Source: Nitrospirota bacterium
Lineage (GTDB): Bacteria; Nitrospirota; Thermodesulfovibrionia; Thermodesulfovibrionales; Dissulfurispiraceae
Reading direction: 5' to 3'
DNA length: 64,000 nt
Assembly: GCA_963710375.1 (NCBI GenBank)
Contig: CAVPZX010000005.1
Span: 32,001-96,000, forward strand
Part shown: piece by piece, positions 10,499 to 21,435 of the stretch
How the letters are laid out: every line of letters starts with the position of its first letter
Position numbering within the stretch: position 1 is the first letter of the stretch
Notes under the pieces: generated by a model
Databases searched by the model: none
Told to the model about the DNA's origin: nothing
The model's input: the letters and a program-made list of their open reading frames with translations, nothing else
Position numbers and translations under genes: made by a program

Positions 10499-10611
10499 CA
10501 AATTTCATCCATTGCGGCATTAGGTTCGCGGAACTTCATTGTCTGCACCCCTGCCTTCTATACGCACAATCCTTATGAACTACGTAGTGAGATCAACCTG
10601 ACGCACGCATC

Positions 10612-10819
10612 TGCAATTCAGACAGTGTAATGAAGGATGTGTCTCTGAAGCGAATCGCGGAGTCCTGGTAACAGTTCTCGGCGAAGTGAGCGTCTAACGG
10701 GCGCAATGTCTGAGCCCGAAGGGCGAGTTTTGCGACTGTAGCGAACAAGCCGTTAGAACTGTCAGGACGTAGCGCCTGAGCGTAAGAGACATATCCTTCA
10801 TTACACTGTCTGAATTGCA
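10612..10819. mobile_element. MITE-like element with ~34-bp terminal inverted repeats
   Basis: tgcaattcagacagtgtaatgaaggatgtgtctc ... gagacatatccttcattacactgtctgaattgca (1 mismatch); flanking cgcacg(c/t)atc direct repeat. Confidence 0.7.
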
Positions 10820-10924
10820 CTCGCACGTATCCATATGCTATATTGCGTCGCACTAATATATGATATAATATCGCATTCCGGAGGGTTTCCCTGCTCTGGT
10901 CAAAAAAGTTCCTGGAGGACTCAA

Positions 10925-12121
10925 ATTAAGAGGCTGCCTGACAAAAGGGGATACTTTGGTTCCTATGGCGGAAGATTTGCCCCTGAAACGCTTATTCCAG
11001 CTCTTGAAGAACTTGAGAAGGCTTATAATAAAGCAAAAAGGGATGCGTTGTTTCAAAAAGAACTCCGGCAATTGCAGTCAACATATATAGGAAGGCCGAC
11101 CCCCCTTTATTACGCAAAACGTCTCACGGAAAAGCTCGGCGGAGCTAAAATATATTTAAAGCGCGAAGATCTTGCTCACACAGGGGCGCACAAAATAAAC
11201 AATGCCTTGGGACAGGCCCTCCTTGCAGAGAGAATGGGCAAAAGGAGACTCATTGCGGAAACCGGCGCAGGGCAGCATGGTGTGGCAACTGCCACAGGCG
11301 CCGCACTTGTTGGGCTGCAGTGCGATATCTACATGGGAACTGTCGATATGCAGAGGCAGGCATTGAACGTATTCAGAATGAAGCTGCTTGGCGCCACTGT
11401 CAAAGAGGTGGATATCGGCTCCAGGACGCTGAAAGATGCCATTAATGAATCACTCAGGGATTGGACTACCAACGTCCGTACGACACATTATGTGCTTGGG
11501 ACCGCTTTTGGGCCTCATCCTTTTCCAATGCTGGTGAGAGACTTTCAATCAATCATCGGAAAAGAAGCGGCTGTGCAGATACGAAAAGCTGAAGGACGGC
11601 TGCCTGATTATTTGATTGCCTGTGTCGGCGGAGGAAGCAATGCAATTGGCTTATTCAATGAATTTCTTGATACAGACATCAGGATGATCGGTGTTGAGGC
11701 TGGGGGCAAGGGTATAGAGTCAGGGGAACATGCGGCACGGTTTGCCGATGGTTCAATTGGTATTTTACAGGGCTGCAAAACTTATCTGCTTCAGGACAAC
11801 GACGGCAATGTGCTGGACACCCATTCTGTTTCCGCAGGACTTGACTACGCCTCTGTCGGTCCCGAGCACTCGCATCTTAAAGAATCGGGAAGAGTAGAGT
11901 ATACCTTTGCAACTGACGATGAAGCTCTTGCGGCGTTTGAAACCCTCTCTCAGACCGAAGGCATCATCCCTGCACTTGAATCCGCCCATGCGATTGCAGA
12001 GGTAATCAAGCGTGCCCCGGCACTGCCTCGCAACAGTATAATAATTGTCAATCTTTCAGGCAGGGGAGATAAAGACGTACAACAGGTGGCAAAAATAAAG
12101 GGTATAAATCTTTGCGTGTGA
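10925..12121 (+). CDS. trpB: tryptophan synthase beta chain
   Basis: '[16 protein letters not shown]', 'ETGAGQHG', 'NLSGRGDKD'; start uncertain (ATT at 10925 follows GGAGG). Confidence 0.95.
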   Translation: MKRLPDKRGYFGSYGGRFAPETLIPALEELEKAYNKAKRDALFQKELRQLQSTYIGRPTPLYYAKRLTEKLGGAKIYLKREDLAHTGAHKINNALGQALLAERMGKRRLIAETGAGQHGVATATGAALVGLQCDIYMGTVDMQRQALNVFRMKLLGATVKEVDIGSRTLKDAINESLRDWTTNVRTTHYVLGTAFGPHPFPMLVRDFQSIIGKEAAVQIRKAEGRLPDYLIACVGGGSNAIGLFNEFLDTDIRMIGVEAGGKGIESGEHAARFADGSIGILQGCKTYLLQDNDGNVLDTHSVSAGLDYASVGPEHSHLKESGRVEYTFATDDEALAAFETLSQTEGIIPALESAHAIAEVIKRAPALPRNSIIIVNLSGRGDKDVQQVAKIKGINLCV

Positions 12122-12930
12122 ACCCCGTGCAAAAGACCAGAATATCCACTGTGTTTGAGGCATTGCGAGCCCGGAATAAGAAGGCCTTTATCCCCTATCT
12201 TATGGCAGGCGACCCCGATGCCGCGAAAACACTGCAACAGGTTTTTCTTTTGGAGCGCTGCGGCGCTGATATCATTGAGCTGGGAGTGCCTTTCTCCGAT
12301 CCTCTTGCGGATGGCCCTACCATACAAAAAGCCGCGGGACGGGCGCTGAAATCAGGGACTACGCTCAGGAAAGTGCTCACCTTGGTCAGGGACATCAGGC
12401 TCCATACAGATGTCCCCCTGATACTGATGACATATTACAATCCCGTATTTAAATATGGAGAGGAAGCATTTGTTCATGATGCAATACAGGCGGGTGTTGA
12501 CGGCATTATCGTTCCCGACCTTCCCCCGGAAGAGGCAGGAGAGCTTATAAAGCTGTCGAGGCAAGGCTCAGGCGGAAGGCGGCTCGACACCATTTTCCTC
12601 GTTGCTCCTACCTCTACCCCAGTTCGAATAAAAAAGATAGCTGCTGCGAGCAGCGGTTTTGTATATTATGTCTCTATTACCGGCATTACCGGGGCGGCCC
12701 TGGAGCTCGATGAGGATTTCGGGAGGCATTTGGACCTTGTCAAACAGGCCACAGATAAGCCGGTAGCAGTGGGCTTTGGCATTTCGTCTCCAGATCAGGC
12801 GCGCATAGTCGCGCAGATGGCTGACGGTGTCATTGTGGGTAGCGCGCTGGTGAAGGCTTTTAACGAAACCCCCGAAAAGGCGGAAACCCTGATCAGGGGA
12901 CTGAAGGAGGCGATTAGCAGTAGGCAGTAA
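12112..12930 (+). CDS. trpA: tryptophan synthase alpha chain
   Basis: '[18 protein letters not shown]', 'ADGVIVGSA'. Confidence 0.95.
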   Translation: MRVNPVQKTRISTVFEALRARNKKAFIPYLMAGDPDAAKTLQQVFLLERCGADIIELGVPFSDPLADGPTIQKAAGRALKSGTTLRKVLTLVRDIRLHTDVPLILMTYYNPVFKYGEEAFVHDAIQAGVDGIIVPDLPPEEAGELIKLSRQGSGGRRLDTIFLVAPTSTPVRIKKIAAASSGFVYYVSITGITGAALELDEDFGRHLDLVKQATDKPVAVGFGISSPDQARIVAQMADGVIVGSALVKAFNETPEKAETLIRGLKEAISSRQ

Positions 12931-12960
12931 GACGTAAGCAGTGCCTACTGCTCATTTAAT

Positions 12961-13812
12961 ATGACTTGGTTTAAAAAGACAAAGGAGATAAAATCAGAAA
13001 AAAAAGTAAAAATCCCCGAGGGGTTATGGATAAAATGTAACAGTTGCAAGGAGATAATCTATAAAAAGGAAATTGAGAAGAATCTCCAGGTCTGTCCAAA
13101 GTGCAACTACCATTTCAGGATCAGCTCCTCCGAACGCATCCAGTTCATTGCTGACGAGGGCAGCTTTGTCGAGACAGATAGCGAACTCGCTACCGCCGAT
13201 CCGCTTGAATTTAGAGATTCCGTTACCTATAAAGAGAGACTTGAGGAAAATACTAAAAATAGCGGCTTGAAAGAAGCTGCGATATATGGTAGCGCCACGA
13301 TCAACGGCAGACCCGTTGAATTGGCTATCATGGATTTCTCCTTTATGGGTGGAAGCATGGGATCGGTGGTCGGTGAAAAAATTGCCCGCGCTGCAGAGCG
13401 CGCCCTGGAACAGAAGATACCGCTTATAACTGTTTCATCTTCAGGGGGAGCACGTATGCAGGAGGGCATGTTCTCGCTTATGCAAATGGCAAAGGTATCT
13501 GCTGCTATCGGGAGGTTAAAGGAAACCGAGCTGCCCTATATCTCCATTATTGCGGACCCCACTTTCGGAGGGGTCACCGCAAGCTTTGCCATGTTAGGCG
13601 ATATTATTATTGCTGAACCCAAGAGCCTTATCGGTTTTGCCGGCCCCAGGGTGATCGAGCAAACCATTAAACAGCAGCTTCCTGAAAACTTTCAGAGGGC
13701 TGAATTCCTGCTCGATCATGGCATGATAGACCTTGTCGTAGAGAGGAAAGAATTAAAAAATACTATATTCACTTTAATTGATCATTTGACCTACCCCCCC
13801 CAGGAATCATGA
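12961..13812 (+). CDS. accD: acetyl-CoA carboxylase carboxyltransferase beta subunit
   Basis: C4 zinc finger, 'GGSMGSVVGEKI', 'SGGARMQEG'. Confidence 0.95.
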   Translation: MTWFKKTKEIKSEKKVKIPEGLWIKCNSCKEIIYKKEIEKNLQVCPKCNYHFRISSSERIQFIADEGSFVETDSELATADPLEFRDSVTYKERLEENTKNSGLKEAAIYGSATINGRPVELAIMDFSFMGGSMGSVVGEKIARAAERALEQKIPLITVSSSGGARMQEGMFSLMQMAKVSAAIGRLKETELPYISIIADPTFGGVTASFAMLGDIIIAEPKSLIGFAGPRVIEQTIKQQLPENFQRAEFLLDHGMIDLVVERKELKNTIFTLIDHLTYPPQES

Positions 13813-15170
13813 GTTATACCGGCGCTATCCAGTATCTGTTCGACCTGCAGAAATACAGCATAAAGCTTGGGCTTGAAAGGACGGAACAATTCCTCGCCGT
13901 TCTGGGCAATCCTCACCACCGTTTCCATTCAGTGCATGTTGCAGGCACAAACGGAAAAGGCTCAGTTGCTGCAATGGTCGCTTCAATGCTCACGTCCTGT
14001 GGTTTCAGGGTCGGGCTCTTTACCTCACCGCACATGGTCAGCTTCACAGAAAGAATTCGAATTAATGCCTCTCAAATATCTGAAACAGAAGTGGTAAAGC
14101 TAACAGGGGAAATCAAAGAAAAAATATCTGCCGTTGCTGCCGGTATAGGAGAGCCGACATTTTTTGAGTTTATAACTGTCATGGCTTTTCTCTATTTCGC
14201 CCGAAACAACGTTGACTGGTCGGTCATAGAGGTAGGCATGGGAGGCAGGCTGGATGCGACAAACCTGATACTGCCGGAGGTTTCTGTTATTACCGGCATC
14301 AGTTATGACCACAAAGAGTTCCTCGGGAATTCCCTAACCGATATTGCTTCGGAGAAGGCAGGAATTATAAAAAACGGTGTTCCGGTTGTTTGTTCAGCGC
14401 AGGAACCCGAAGTGGAGCTGATTCTGCGCAAAAAAACAGATGAGTCATCGTCCCCTTTTTTCATCTATGGAAAGGACTTCAGCGGCACTCTAAGGTCAAC
14501 AGATATCACAGGGACCAGTTTCGACTACAACAGTGAGGGTCATACCTTTACCGAGCTGCATGTCCCACTGGCCGGAGAACACCAGGTAATCAACGCATGC
14601 GTTGCAATACAGGCATTTTTGTTGTGCAGTGAGCATGGCGCACAACGCTTAACGCCTGACGCTGTCAGGGAAGGCCTTGCTGCTGCCAGGTGGCAGGGAA
14701 GACTCGAACTTGTTGATGGTGACCCTGGTGAGACGCCGATCATACTTGATGGTGCTCATAATCCTCATGCCGCGTCTGCCCTTGCAGAATTTATAAGTAA
14801 ACAGTTCATGACTTATCGTGTTATCCTCATCGCCGGTATAATGTCCGACAAAGATATTGCAGGCATCCTTGCACCACTTCTGCCTATTGCATCGGATATA
14901 ATTTTTACCGCACCCAATTACGGAAGGTCAGCACCACCCGGACTTCTAGCCGAACACGCGGCATCGCTGGGCTTTCAGTCCACAGTTACCCTTTCCATAG
15001 GCGATGCAATTGCGACAGCCAAAAAAATCGCGTCTTCCCCTCCGTCAAATCTTTCTGCTCCGGCGGTTATTTTAATTACGGGTTCTTTTTTCACGATAGG
15101 GGAGGCAAAAGAGCTGCTTGGAGAAAGAGCTGTATTGAGGGACTTAAGGGAGAACTTTAACCGTGTATAA
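13809..15170 (+). CDS. folC: folylpolyglutamate/dihydrofolate synthase
   Basis: 'HVAGTNGKGS', 'EVGMGGRLDATN', 'LDGAHNP'. Confidence 0.95.
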   Translation: MSYTGAIQYLFDLQKYSIKLGLERTEQFLAVLGNPHHRFHSVHVAGTNGKGSVAAMVASMLTSCGFRVGLFTSPHMVSFTERIRINASQISETEVVKLTGEIKEKISAVAAGIGEPTFFEFITVMAFLYFARNNVDWSVIEVGMGGRLDATNLILPEVSVITGISYDHKEFLGNSLTDIASEKAGIIKNGVPVVCSAQEPEVELILRKKTDESSSPFFIYGKDFSGTLRSTDITGTSFDYNSEGHTFTELHVPLAGEHQVINACVAIQAFLLCSEHGAQRLTPDAVREGLAAARWQGRLELVDGDPGETPIILDGAHNPHAASALAEFISKQFMTYRVILIAGIMSDKDIAGILAPLLPIASDIIFTAPNYGRSAPPGLLAEHAASLGFQSTVTLSIGDAIATAKKIASSPPSNLSAPAVILITGSFFTIGEAKELLGERAVLRDLRENFNRV

Positions 15171-17391
15171 ATTCCTATCATGTTCTGTTTTTTTTATGGC
15201 CTGCCTGTTCACGTGCGTCTCATCTCTCCATGCCGAGCCACCGACAACAATCACCTCAGACTATATGGAACACTTTGAGGATGACGATAAGTACGTTGCG
15301 GTTGGGAACGTTAAGTTTCAAAAAGAGAAAACTGTTGTTTATGCCGACAAGGCAGTCTTCTTTGCAAAAGCCGACCATGTGGAGGCAGAAGGTCATGTTA
15401 TTTATGAGGACCAGGCTACTTTGATAAATGCACAACGCGCCGAACTTAATATGGATACGAACACCGGAAGAATGTTCAATGCGGTTATAGTCCTGAAAGA
15501 CCAAAAGGGCCTGGAAAAAAAAGGAACAAGCAAGAAAATTGATTTCTGGATCAACAGTGCTAAAGTAGAAAAGATCAGTGAGAATCATTACTATACATCG
15601 GAAGCAACCTTTACCTCTTGCGAAACCATAGCTGAAACCGAAGGCCGTTACCAGAGTCCTTCTGATTTCAAAGTGTTTGGTCCCAACAACCCCGACTGGT
15701 GCTTTAAAGGCAGCAATGTCGACATTCTGATCGGCGACAGGATTGCCGGCAACGACATGGTGTATCGTGTTAAAGGCTTGCCGGTTATCTACTCCCCTTA
15801 TTTCCGGGCGCCTGAGGGCACTGAGCGCGCAACCGGATTGTTATCCCCGGTTCTCGGCAACTCCAACGTAAAGGGCTTTCAATTCAGCCCTGGATTTTTT
15901 TGGGCCATAGATGAGAACAAGGATGCAACATTGACCCTTGATTATTTCAGCAAACGGGGCGTCGGAGAAGGGCTTGAATACAGGTACCTCGATTTTGACG
16001 ACAAAGGGAAGTGGTATGTGTATCACCTCGATGATAAACAGGAGCACAAAACCGATTATGTAGTGAAAGGTATGCATAACCAGAATTTCGGCGACATAAC
16101 GGTCTTTGCAGATATCAATTATGTGAATCAGTGGGATTATTACAATCAATTTTCCAGAAACCGAAACGAAAGGGTCGAACGGTACACTCAGTCCTCAGCA
16201 GAAATTTCAGCCCCCTTCGGTGATTCACGGCTTTACCTGCTTGGGCAATACTGGGTGGACCTGGAAGTACCGCCTCAGTTGCAGGTCCCGCCTCTGCAGG
16301 CGCAGACTGTCCCCCAGCGGCTGCCGGAGCTGGGATATGTTGTGAACCCAACGAGGATAGGGCCGATGATGTTTTCCATGAATTCCAGCATTACCGCTTT
16401 TACCAGATCGAATTCCAATATTGACGATTACACAAGAGTAAAGGATGTGAGCGGCCAGAGGCTGGATATCAATCCCAAGATCTCTTATACGTTTGGAGAT
16501 TCAGTACGCTTATTCCAGTCACTATCAGGACGCGAAACCGCCTATAGCCTCACGAATTTTGCAACAGACCTTGGAACAGCCTCAGGTTCCGACATTCATC
16601 ATGAATCCTACGACTATGAGGCAATCGCATTAACGCGGTTTTTTAAACAATATGAAACAGGCATACATGTCATTGAGCCGTCGCTTTCATTTTCCTATAT
16701 GCCGGGTCACTCTCATCCCCTGCCGCTTTTTGATTCCGTTGACGTGCAAAGTAGTGCTAACTATTCGCAACCCTCAGCAACAACAGCATTGATCAATAAA
16801 ACAGCTTTGGCGCAATTTTCTGTCCTGAATACGCTTGCATTAAAAGGCTTCTCTATAACAGCTCGACTCACTCAGCCTTATGCTTTCAATACAGTTGCCC
16901 CTGCAGTTGCCAATGACATTAGTCCAGTCCTTACCGCTCATTCCCTTCAGCCTACTGTGCTGCAAGGCAATATCACCAGAGGGCTCATCAGCCTGGGCCT
17001 GTCGATGTCGGAGGACTTGAATACCTTTAAAGAGCAGACCTCCAACGCGGTCCTTTCCGCAACGGTTGCAGAAGGTACGACAGTCTCCATTTCTCGGTAT
17101 TATGCATTTGCTGTTCCGGTCAGTACACTGCAATACAATGCCGGCTTCTCCACTGTCCTGAGCAAAACCTGGACAGCTGTCGGGAATGTGTGGTACGCCC
17201 AGAATCAGGGGGGGATACAGGACTTTGCACTTCACGCAATTTATACCGCAAAATGCTGGGGGTTCGATGTATTATTCGAGAGGAAGCCGCCGGATACGAT
17301 ACATCCTCCGGAATACAGTTTGACTTTTCTTGTTCAATTAAAAGGCTTCGGAGGTTTGAAGCTCTATGGATTTAGTAGTTCAATTCAATAA
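15163..17391 (+). CDS. lptD: LPS-assembly outer-membrane protein LptD
   Basis: Signal peptide, OstA-like N-terminus, 'FFWAI', 'QRLPEL', beta-barrel-like C-terminus; follows folC. Confidence 0.75.
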   Translation: MYKFLSCSVFFMACLFTCVSSLHAEPPTTITSDYMEHFEDDDKYVAVGNVKFQKEKTVVYADKAVFFAKADHVEAEGHVIYEDQATLINAQRAELNMDTNTGRMFNAVIVLKDQKGLEKKGTSKKIDFWINSAKVEKISENHYYTSEATFTSCETIAETEGRYQSPSDFKVFGPNNPDWCFKGSNVDILIGDRIAGNDMVYRVKGLPVIYSPYFRAPEGTERATGLLSPVLGNSNVKGFQFSPGFFWAIDENKDATLTLDYFSKRGVGEGLEYRYLDFDDKGKWYVYHLDDKQEHKTDYVVKGMHNQNFGDITVFADINYVNQWDYYNQFSRNRNERVERYTQSSAEISAPFGDSRLYLLGQYWVDLEVPPQLQVPPLQAQTVPQRLPELGYVVNPTRIGPMMFSMNSSITAFTRSNSNIDDYTRVKDVSGQRLDINPKISYTFGDSVRLFQSLSGRETAYSLTNFATDLGTASGSDIHHESYDYEAIALTRFFKQYETGIHVIEPSLSFSYMPGHSHPLPLFDSVDVQSSANYSQPSATTALINKTALAQFSVLNTLALKGFSITARLTQPYAFNTVAPAVANDISPVLTAHSLQPTVLQGNITRGLISLGLSMSEDLNTFKEQTSNAVLSATVAEGTTVSISRYYAFAVPVSTLQYNAGFSTVLSKTWTAVGNVWYAQNQGGIQDFALHAIYTAKCWGFDVLFERKPPDTIHPPEYSLTFLVQLKGFGGLKLYGFSSSIQ

Positions 17392-18256
17392 AAGCGGTAA
17401 CAGCACCTCGCATGATGCTGTTGCCGCCGTAAAAAAGCTGTTCAAAGTCCGAAAGGCAGGTCACGCAGGCACACTTGATCCGCTTGCCACCGGCATCCTT
17501 CTCATATGCCTTAACGAGGCGACGAAGATTACCGGTTACCTGTCTGATCTGGATAAGGAATACATAGTAACTGCAAGGCTTGGTGAGTCCACCGATACTT
17601 ATGACACCGAAGGCACGATAACGCGTCAATCCTCAGCGGCGCTCGCGGTCACACGGAAAGAGGTGGAAACAACGTTGTCGGAATTTACCGGTGAGATAGA
17701 ACAAACGCCGCCTATGTTTTCGGCAGTCAAGATGAACGGAAGGCCTCTGTATGAACTCGCAAGAAAGGGGATTGTTGTTGATAGAAAACCGAGGGTCGTA
17801 ATGGTACGTTCGATAGAAATTATAGAATTTAAAATGCCATATCTCCGCCTGAGGGTTTCTTGTTCAAAAGGGACGTATATACGGTCGCTATGCAATGATA
17901 TCGGAGACGCCCTCGGTGTAGGCGCACACGTTACCGAACTTGCGCGGACCAGGATCGGTGATTTCACTCTGGAGAATGCCGCCGCAATCGACGAATTGCC
18001 ACAAAAGACAGAGGCCCTGCATACAATTGATGCTGCGTTAAAGCATCTGTGTGAAATACGTCTGAATGGCGACGAATACATGCGCGCAATAAATGGCAGC
18101 CCTGTCCCATTTGCTGAAGCGGAGGACCGGAGAACAGGAGGAATGGAGAGTCTGCGCTCAGCGTTTGTAAGGCTTAGGAATCCTGAGGGGAATATTTTTG
18201 GTATTGGAAAAGTTGCTGCAACCTCGATTAAGATAGAGAGGCTGTTTAAAATATAA
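17366..18256 (+). CDS. truB: tRNA pseudouridine(55) synthase
   Basis: 'GHAGTLDPLATG', 'CSKGTYIRSL'. Confidence 0.95.
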   Translation: MDLVVQFNKSGNSTSHDAVAAVKKLFKVRKAGHAGTLDPLATGILLICLNEATKITGYLSDLDKEYIVTARLGESTDTYDTEGTITRQSSAALAVTRKEVETTLSEFTGEIEQTPPMFSAVKMNGRPLYELARKGIVVDRKPRVVMVRSIEIIEFKMPYLRLRVSCSKGTYIRSLCNDIGDALGVGAHVTELARTRIGDFTLENAAAIDELPQKTEALHTIDAALKHLCEIRLNGDEYMRAINGSPVPFAEAEDRRTGGMESLRSAFVRLRNPEGNIFGIGKVAATSIKIERLFKI

Positions 18257-18260
18257 AAAG

Positions 18261-18350
18261 ACAGGCAATAGGCGATGGGCTATAGGCTATAGGAAAAGAA
18301 TAGCGGTTTTTCTTTAACCCATTGCCCATCGCCTATTGCCAATAGCCTGT
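18261..18350. repeat. heptamer-repeat inverted hairpin
   Basis: ggcaata/ggcgatg/ggctata units facing their complements gcccatc/gcctatt/gccaata. Confidence 0.55.
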
Positions 18351-18366
18351 AATTAAGGAGAATGAG

Positions 18367-19665
18367 ATGATAGCCCGTTACACACGTCCGGAAATGGGAA
18401 GAATATGGGACCTGGACAGCAAGTATCAAAAATGGCTTGAGGTTGAAATTGCGGTATGCGAGGCATGGGCCGAAATGGGGGGGATCCCTGCCGGGGCCTT
18501 AGAGATCATAAAAGATAAGGCAGGTTTCGATATCGGAAGGATTGATGAAATTGAAAAGACCGTAAAGCACGATGTTATCTCTTTCCTCACCTCTCTAGCT
18601 GAACATGTTGGTCCTGAATCCAGATTTATTCACAAAGGACTAACATCGTCCGATGTGGTCGATACCGCTCTTTCCCTACTCATTATGCAAGCGGCCGATA
18701 TCATAATTGATGATCTCAAAGAACTGATGAGCGTTCTGAAAAAGCAGGCATTTGATTATAAGGACACCCCATGCATGGGAAGAAGCCATGGCATTCATGC
18801 CGAGCCAATGACATTCGGATTGAAGTTTTCTCTATGGTATGAGGACACAAAAAGAAATCTCCGGAGAATTGAGCAGGCAAAGAAGACCATGGCCACCGGC
18901 AAGATTTCAGGTGCTGTAGGCACCTTTTCAAATATTCCTCCGGAACTGGAAGGAAAGGTGTGCAAAAGACTCGGCCTGGAGCCCGAACCGGTTGCAACAC
19001 AGGTCATTCAAAGGGACCGACACGCTGAGTTTATGACCTCGCTTGCGCTCATTGCGGCAGGCGTCGAGAAGATTGCCGTTGAAATTCGGCATCTGCAGAG
19101 GACAGAAGTACTTGAAGCAGAGGAGCCTTTTTCAGCAGGGCAGAAAGGTTCATCCGCCATGCCCCATAAGAGAAATCCGGTGGGATCTGAAAACCTCTCA
19201 GGGCTCGCCCGGCTGGTCCGCTCCAATGCCATTGCTGCAATGGAAGATATCGCCCTCTGGCATGAAAGGGACATATCCCACTCCTCGGTGGAAAGAATCA
19301 TAATTCCCGACAGCACCATCCTAGTTGATTATATGCTCGACCGGCTGACCGTCATACTGAGAGACCTCCATATATATCCGCAAAAAATGCAGGAGAATAT
19401 CGATAGGAGCTATGGGCTCTACAATTCCCAGCGTGTCTTGCTGGCCCTTGTAGAGAAGGGAGTTTCGCGCGAGGATGCGTATAGTTTGGTCCAGAGGAAT
19501 GCGATGGAAAGCTGGAGCAGAGGGGTAAGCTTTATGAAACTGCTCCAGAAAGACAGTGACATCAGCAAATATCTGTCTCCAAGCGAAATAGAGGCGATAT
19601 TCGATTTAAAATATTACCTGAGGCACATTGATTTCATTTTCAGGCGTGTCTTTAATGAAGGCTGA
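18367..19665 (+). CDS. purB: adenylosuccinate lyase
   Basis: 'GSSAMPHKRNP', 'WHERDISHSS'. Confidence 0.95.
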   Translation: MIARYTRPEMGRIWDLDSKYQKWLEVEIAVCEAWAEMGGIPAGALEIIKDKAGFDIGRIDEIEKTVKHDVISFLTSLAEHVGPESRFIHKGLTSSDVVDTALSLLIMQAADIIIDDLKELMSVLKKQAFDYKDTPCMGRSHGIHAEPMTFGLKFSLWYEDTKRNLRRIEQAKKTMATGKISGAVGTFSNIPPELEGKVCKRLGLEPEPVATQVIQRDRHAEFMTSLALIAAGVEKIAVEIRHLQRTEVLEAEEPFSAGQKGSSAMPHKRNPVGSENLSGLARLVRSNAIAAMEDIALWHERDISHSSVERIIIPDSTILVDYMLDRLTVILRDLHIYPQKMQENIDRSYGLYNSQRVLLALVEKGVSREDAYSLVQRNAMESWSRGVSFMKLLQKDSDISKYLSPSEIEAIFDLKYYLRHIDFIFRRVFNEG

Positions 19666-19838
19666 CCCACATTATTCATAAATTTATACAAGAAGCAGTC
19701 AGGCCACAGTGCTTCACTCATTCTCGCAAGGCATCCAGCCTTGCTCCGAGGCTATGACAGCCTGTTTCACCATCCTTGGTGTCACTTAGGCTGTCAAAGT
19801 CCGCTCAGCACCATGTCCCGCCTGCTTCTCGTATAAAT

Positions 19839-20510
19839 TTATGAATAATGTGGGTTAGCGTTTTTTTTGCACGGCTTTAGCCTTGGAATGAACATGGGGA
19901 CGCTCTGAGTGTAGTTCACATATTCGGCGCCGAATTTCTCTTTAAGCCTTTTCTCTTCCGTAACGGCCCCATAAATAAAATAAGCATCGGCAAGAATCGC
20001 CACGGTCAGCCAGTTGCGGGTTATATTGGGTTCAAAGGTAAAAATAATAATGCCGGCCAGATAGAGCGGATGCCTCACAAGGCCATAAGTGCCCCAGGTT
20101 ATAAGCCGGTCAACAGTAAGCCCTTCGATATTTCCTGATGGGGCCTCTCCTTTCACGTAACGCCATGCCTGTCTGAACCCGAGGAATTCCCGAAAATCGA
20201 GCACCCTGACTGTCAACATCGCCAGCAGCAGCCCTGAAAGTTGAACCATGTGCATAAGCCATCTGAATAATGCCGGTCCTTTGAATAGGACATGATCGTC
20301 TAGGGAGTAAATAAGCCCGAAAGCTGCACCCGTAGTAAGTGCACTGAAAATGGTATAAGAAAGGCGGTAAAAGGATTTTACAAACGCTTCGCCAACTGCC
20401 TTCCGAACAAATCCCTTTATGGAATCCTGCACGCAGAGACTGTGGATGAAAGCAAACGCAATGAAAATCACGGTGGTTGCCAGGACCGTTACCACTAAAA
20501 TTTGTACCAT
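19839..20510 (-). CDS. NnrU/isoprenylcysteine methyltransferase-family membrane protein
   Basis: Several TM segments, 'YGLVRHPLY', 'EEKRLKEKFGAEY'. Confidence 0.75.
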   Translation of the reverse strand: MVQILVVTVLATTVIFIAFAFIHSLCVQDSIKGFVRKAVGEAFVKSFYRLSYTIFSALTTGAAFGLIYSLDDHVLFKGPALFRWLMHMVQLSGLLLAMLTVRVLDFREFLGFRQAWRYVKGEAPSGNIEGLTVDRLITWGTYGLVRHPLYLAGIIIFTFEPNITRNWLTVAILADAYFIYGAVTEEKRLKEKFGAEYVNYTQSVPMFIPRLKPCKKNANPHYS

Positions 20511-20579
20511 ATATAAACTGTTTTGTCTACAGAGGCTTATTTGTTATACTAATTGAAAGTTTGTCTGGAGGTGTAATCG

Positions 20580-21242
20580 ATGGGCGCCAGGAAACGAGCT
20601 CCGGAAGCCTTTTCATTCCAGCCTTTTGAAAACCTGAAGGACATCATAGAGCACAAAAGAATTGCTTTCGCCGTAAAACCTGCCGCAGAAGAAAAGTTCG
20701 AACATTGCAGCGATGACGAGGTCTTTGCCGCTGCTATGAAAGAAGTGCGTGAAATTAAGGAGTTCAGGCAGATAGCCGTTCGCGCGAAAAATGATTCTCG
20801 CTGCTCAGGGCACAATACACCGAGGCGTGATGCACTGCAGATTCTTAAGGATGTTACCAATGGCACTATTGCTATCAATCTGCCTGATACTCAGGAATAT
20901 GTCGAATGGTCCAACCCGGCTTATTGGCCTGTCCGCAACGGCAATATTGCTGGAAAGCTCCATAGGGGATTTTTTTCTGTCCAGGACTGCCTGGACCTCC
21001 ACGGTTTTTTCGTTGATGAGGCTGAGGCAGCGACAGAACGGTTTTTGAGAGAGGCCTTGGTAAAAGGTCTCCGCTGCATCAAGATAATTCATGGCAGGGG
21101 GCTTCGCTCGCCGGACGGCCCAGTACTTAAGAGTGCTTTAATAGGATGGCTTACATATCGCTACAGAAAAAATGTCATTGCCTTTGCCTCTGCCCGACAG
21201 TGCGATGGGGGGCTCGGCGCGCTTTACGTCCTCTTGAAATAA
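20580..21242 (+). CDS. Smr/MutS2 domain protein
   Basis: 'LDLHG', 'IIHGRGLRS', 'DGGLGALYVLL'. Confidence 0.9.
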   Translation: MGARKRAPEAFSFQPFENLKDIIEHKRIAFAVKPAAEEKFEHCSDDEVFAAAMKEVREIKEFRQIAVRAKNDSRCSGHNTPRRDALQILKDVTNGTIAINLPDTQEYVEWSNPAYWPVRNGNIAGKLHRGFFSVQDCLDLHGFFVDEAEAATERFLREALVKGLRCIKIIHGRGLRSPDGPVLKSALIGWLTYRYRKNVIAFASARQCDGGLGALYVLLK

Positions 21243-21299
21243 CAACAAATCGATTCTACTTGAAAACTATATGTTCCAGTTGGTATATTTAATGTTGTC

Positions 21300-21381
21300 G
21301 CCGAAGTGGTGGAACTGGTAGACACGCACGTTTGAGGGGCGTGTGGGGCAACCTATGCGGGTTCGAGTCCCGCCTTCGGCA
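21300..21381 (+). tRNA. tRNA-Leu (anticodon GAG)
   Basis: Acceptor stem gccgaag/cttcggc, D-arm ggtggaactggtagacac, anticodon loop ttGAGgg, long variable arm, T-loop gttcgag; CCA not encoded. Confidence 0.95.
21357..21381 (+). repeat. left attachment-site core (tRNA 3' end)
   Basis: Identical to 42810-42834. Confidence 0.9.
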
Positions 21382-21435
21382 CTCCTTCTTCCCTTGAAAT
21401 TTAAGTCTTTTTTGCCTTGACAACCTCCTAAAACC

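Noticed and set aside
10593..10853. 86-aa ORF over the MITE
   Set aside because: Lies within an inverted-repeat element; no coding support
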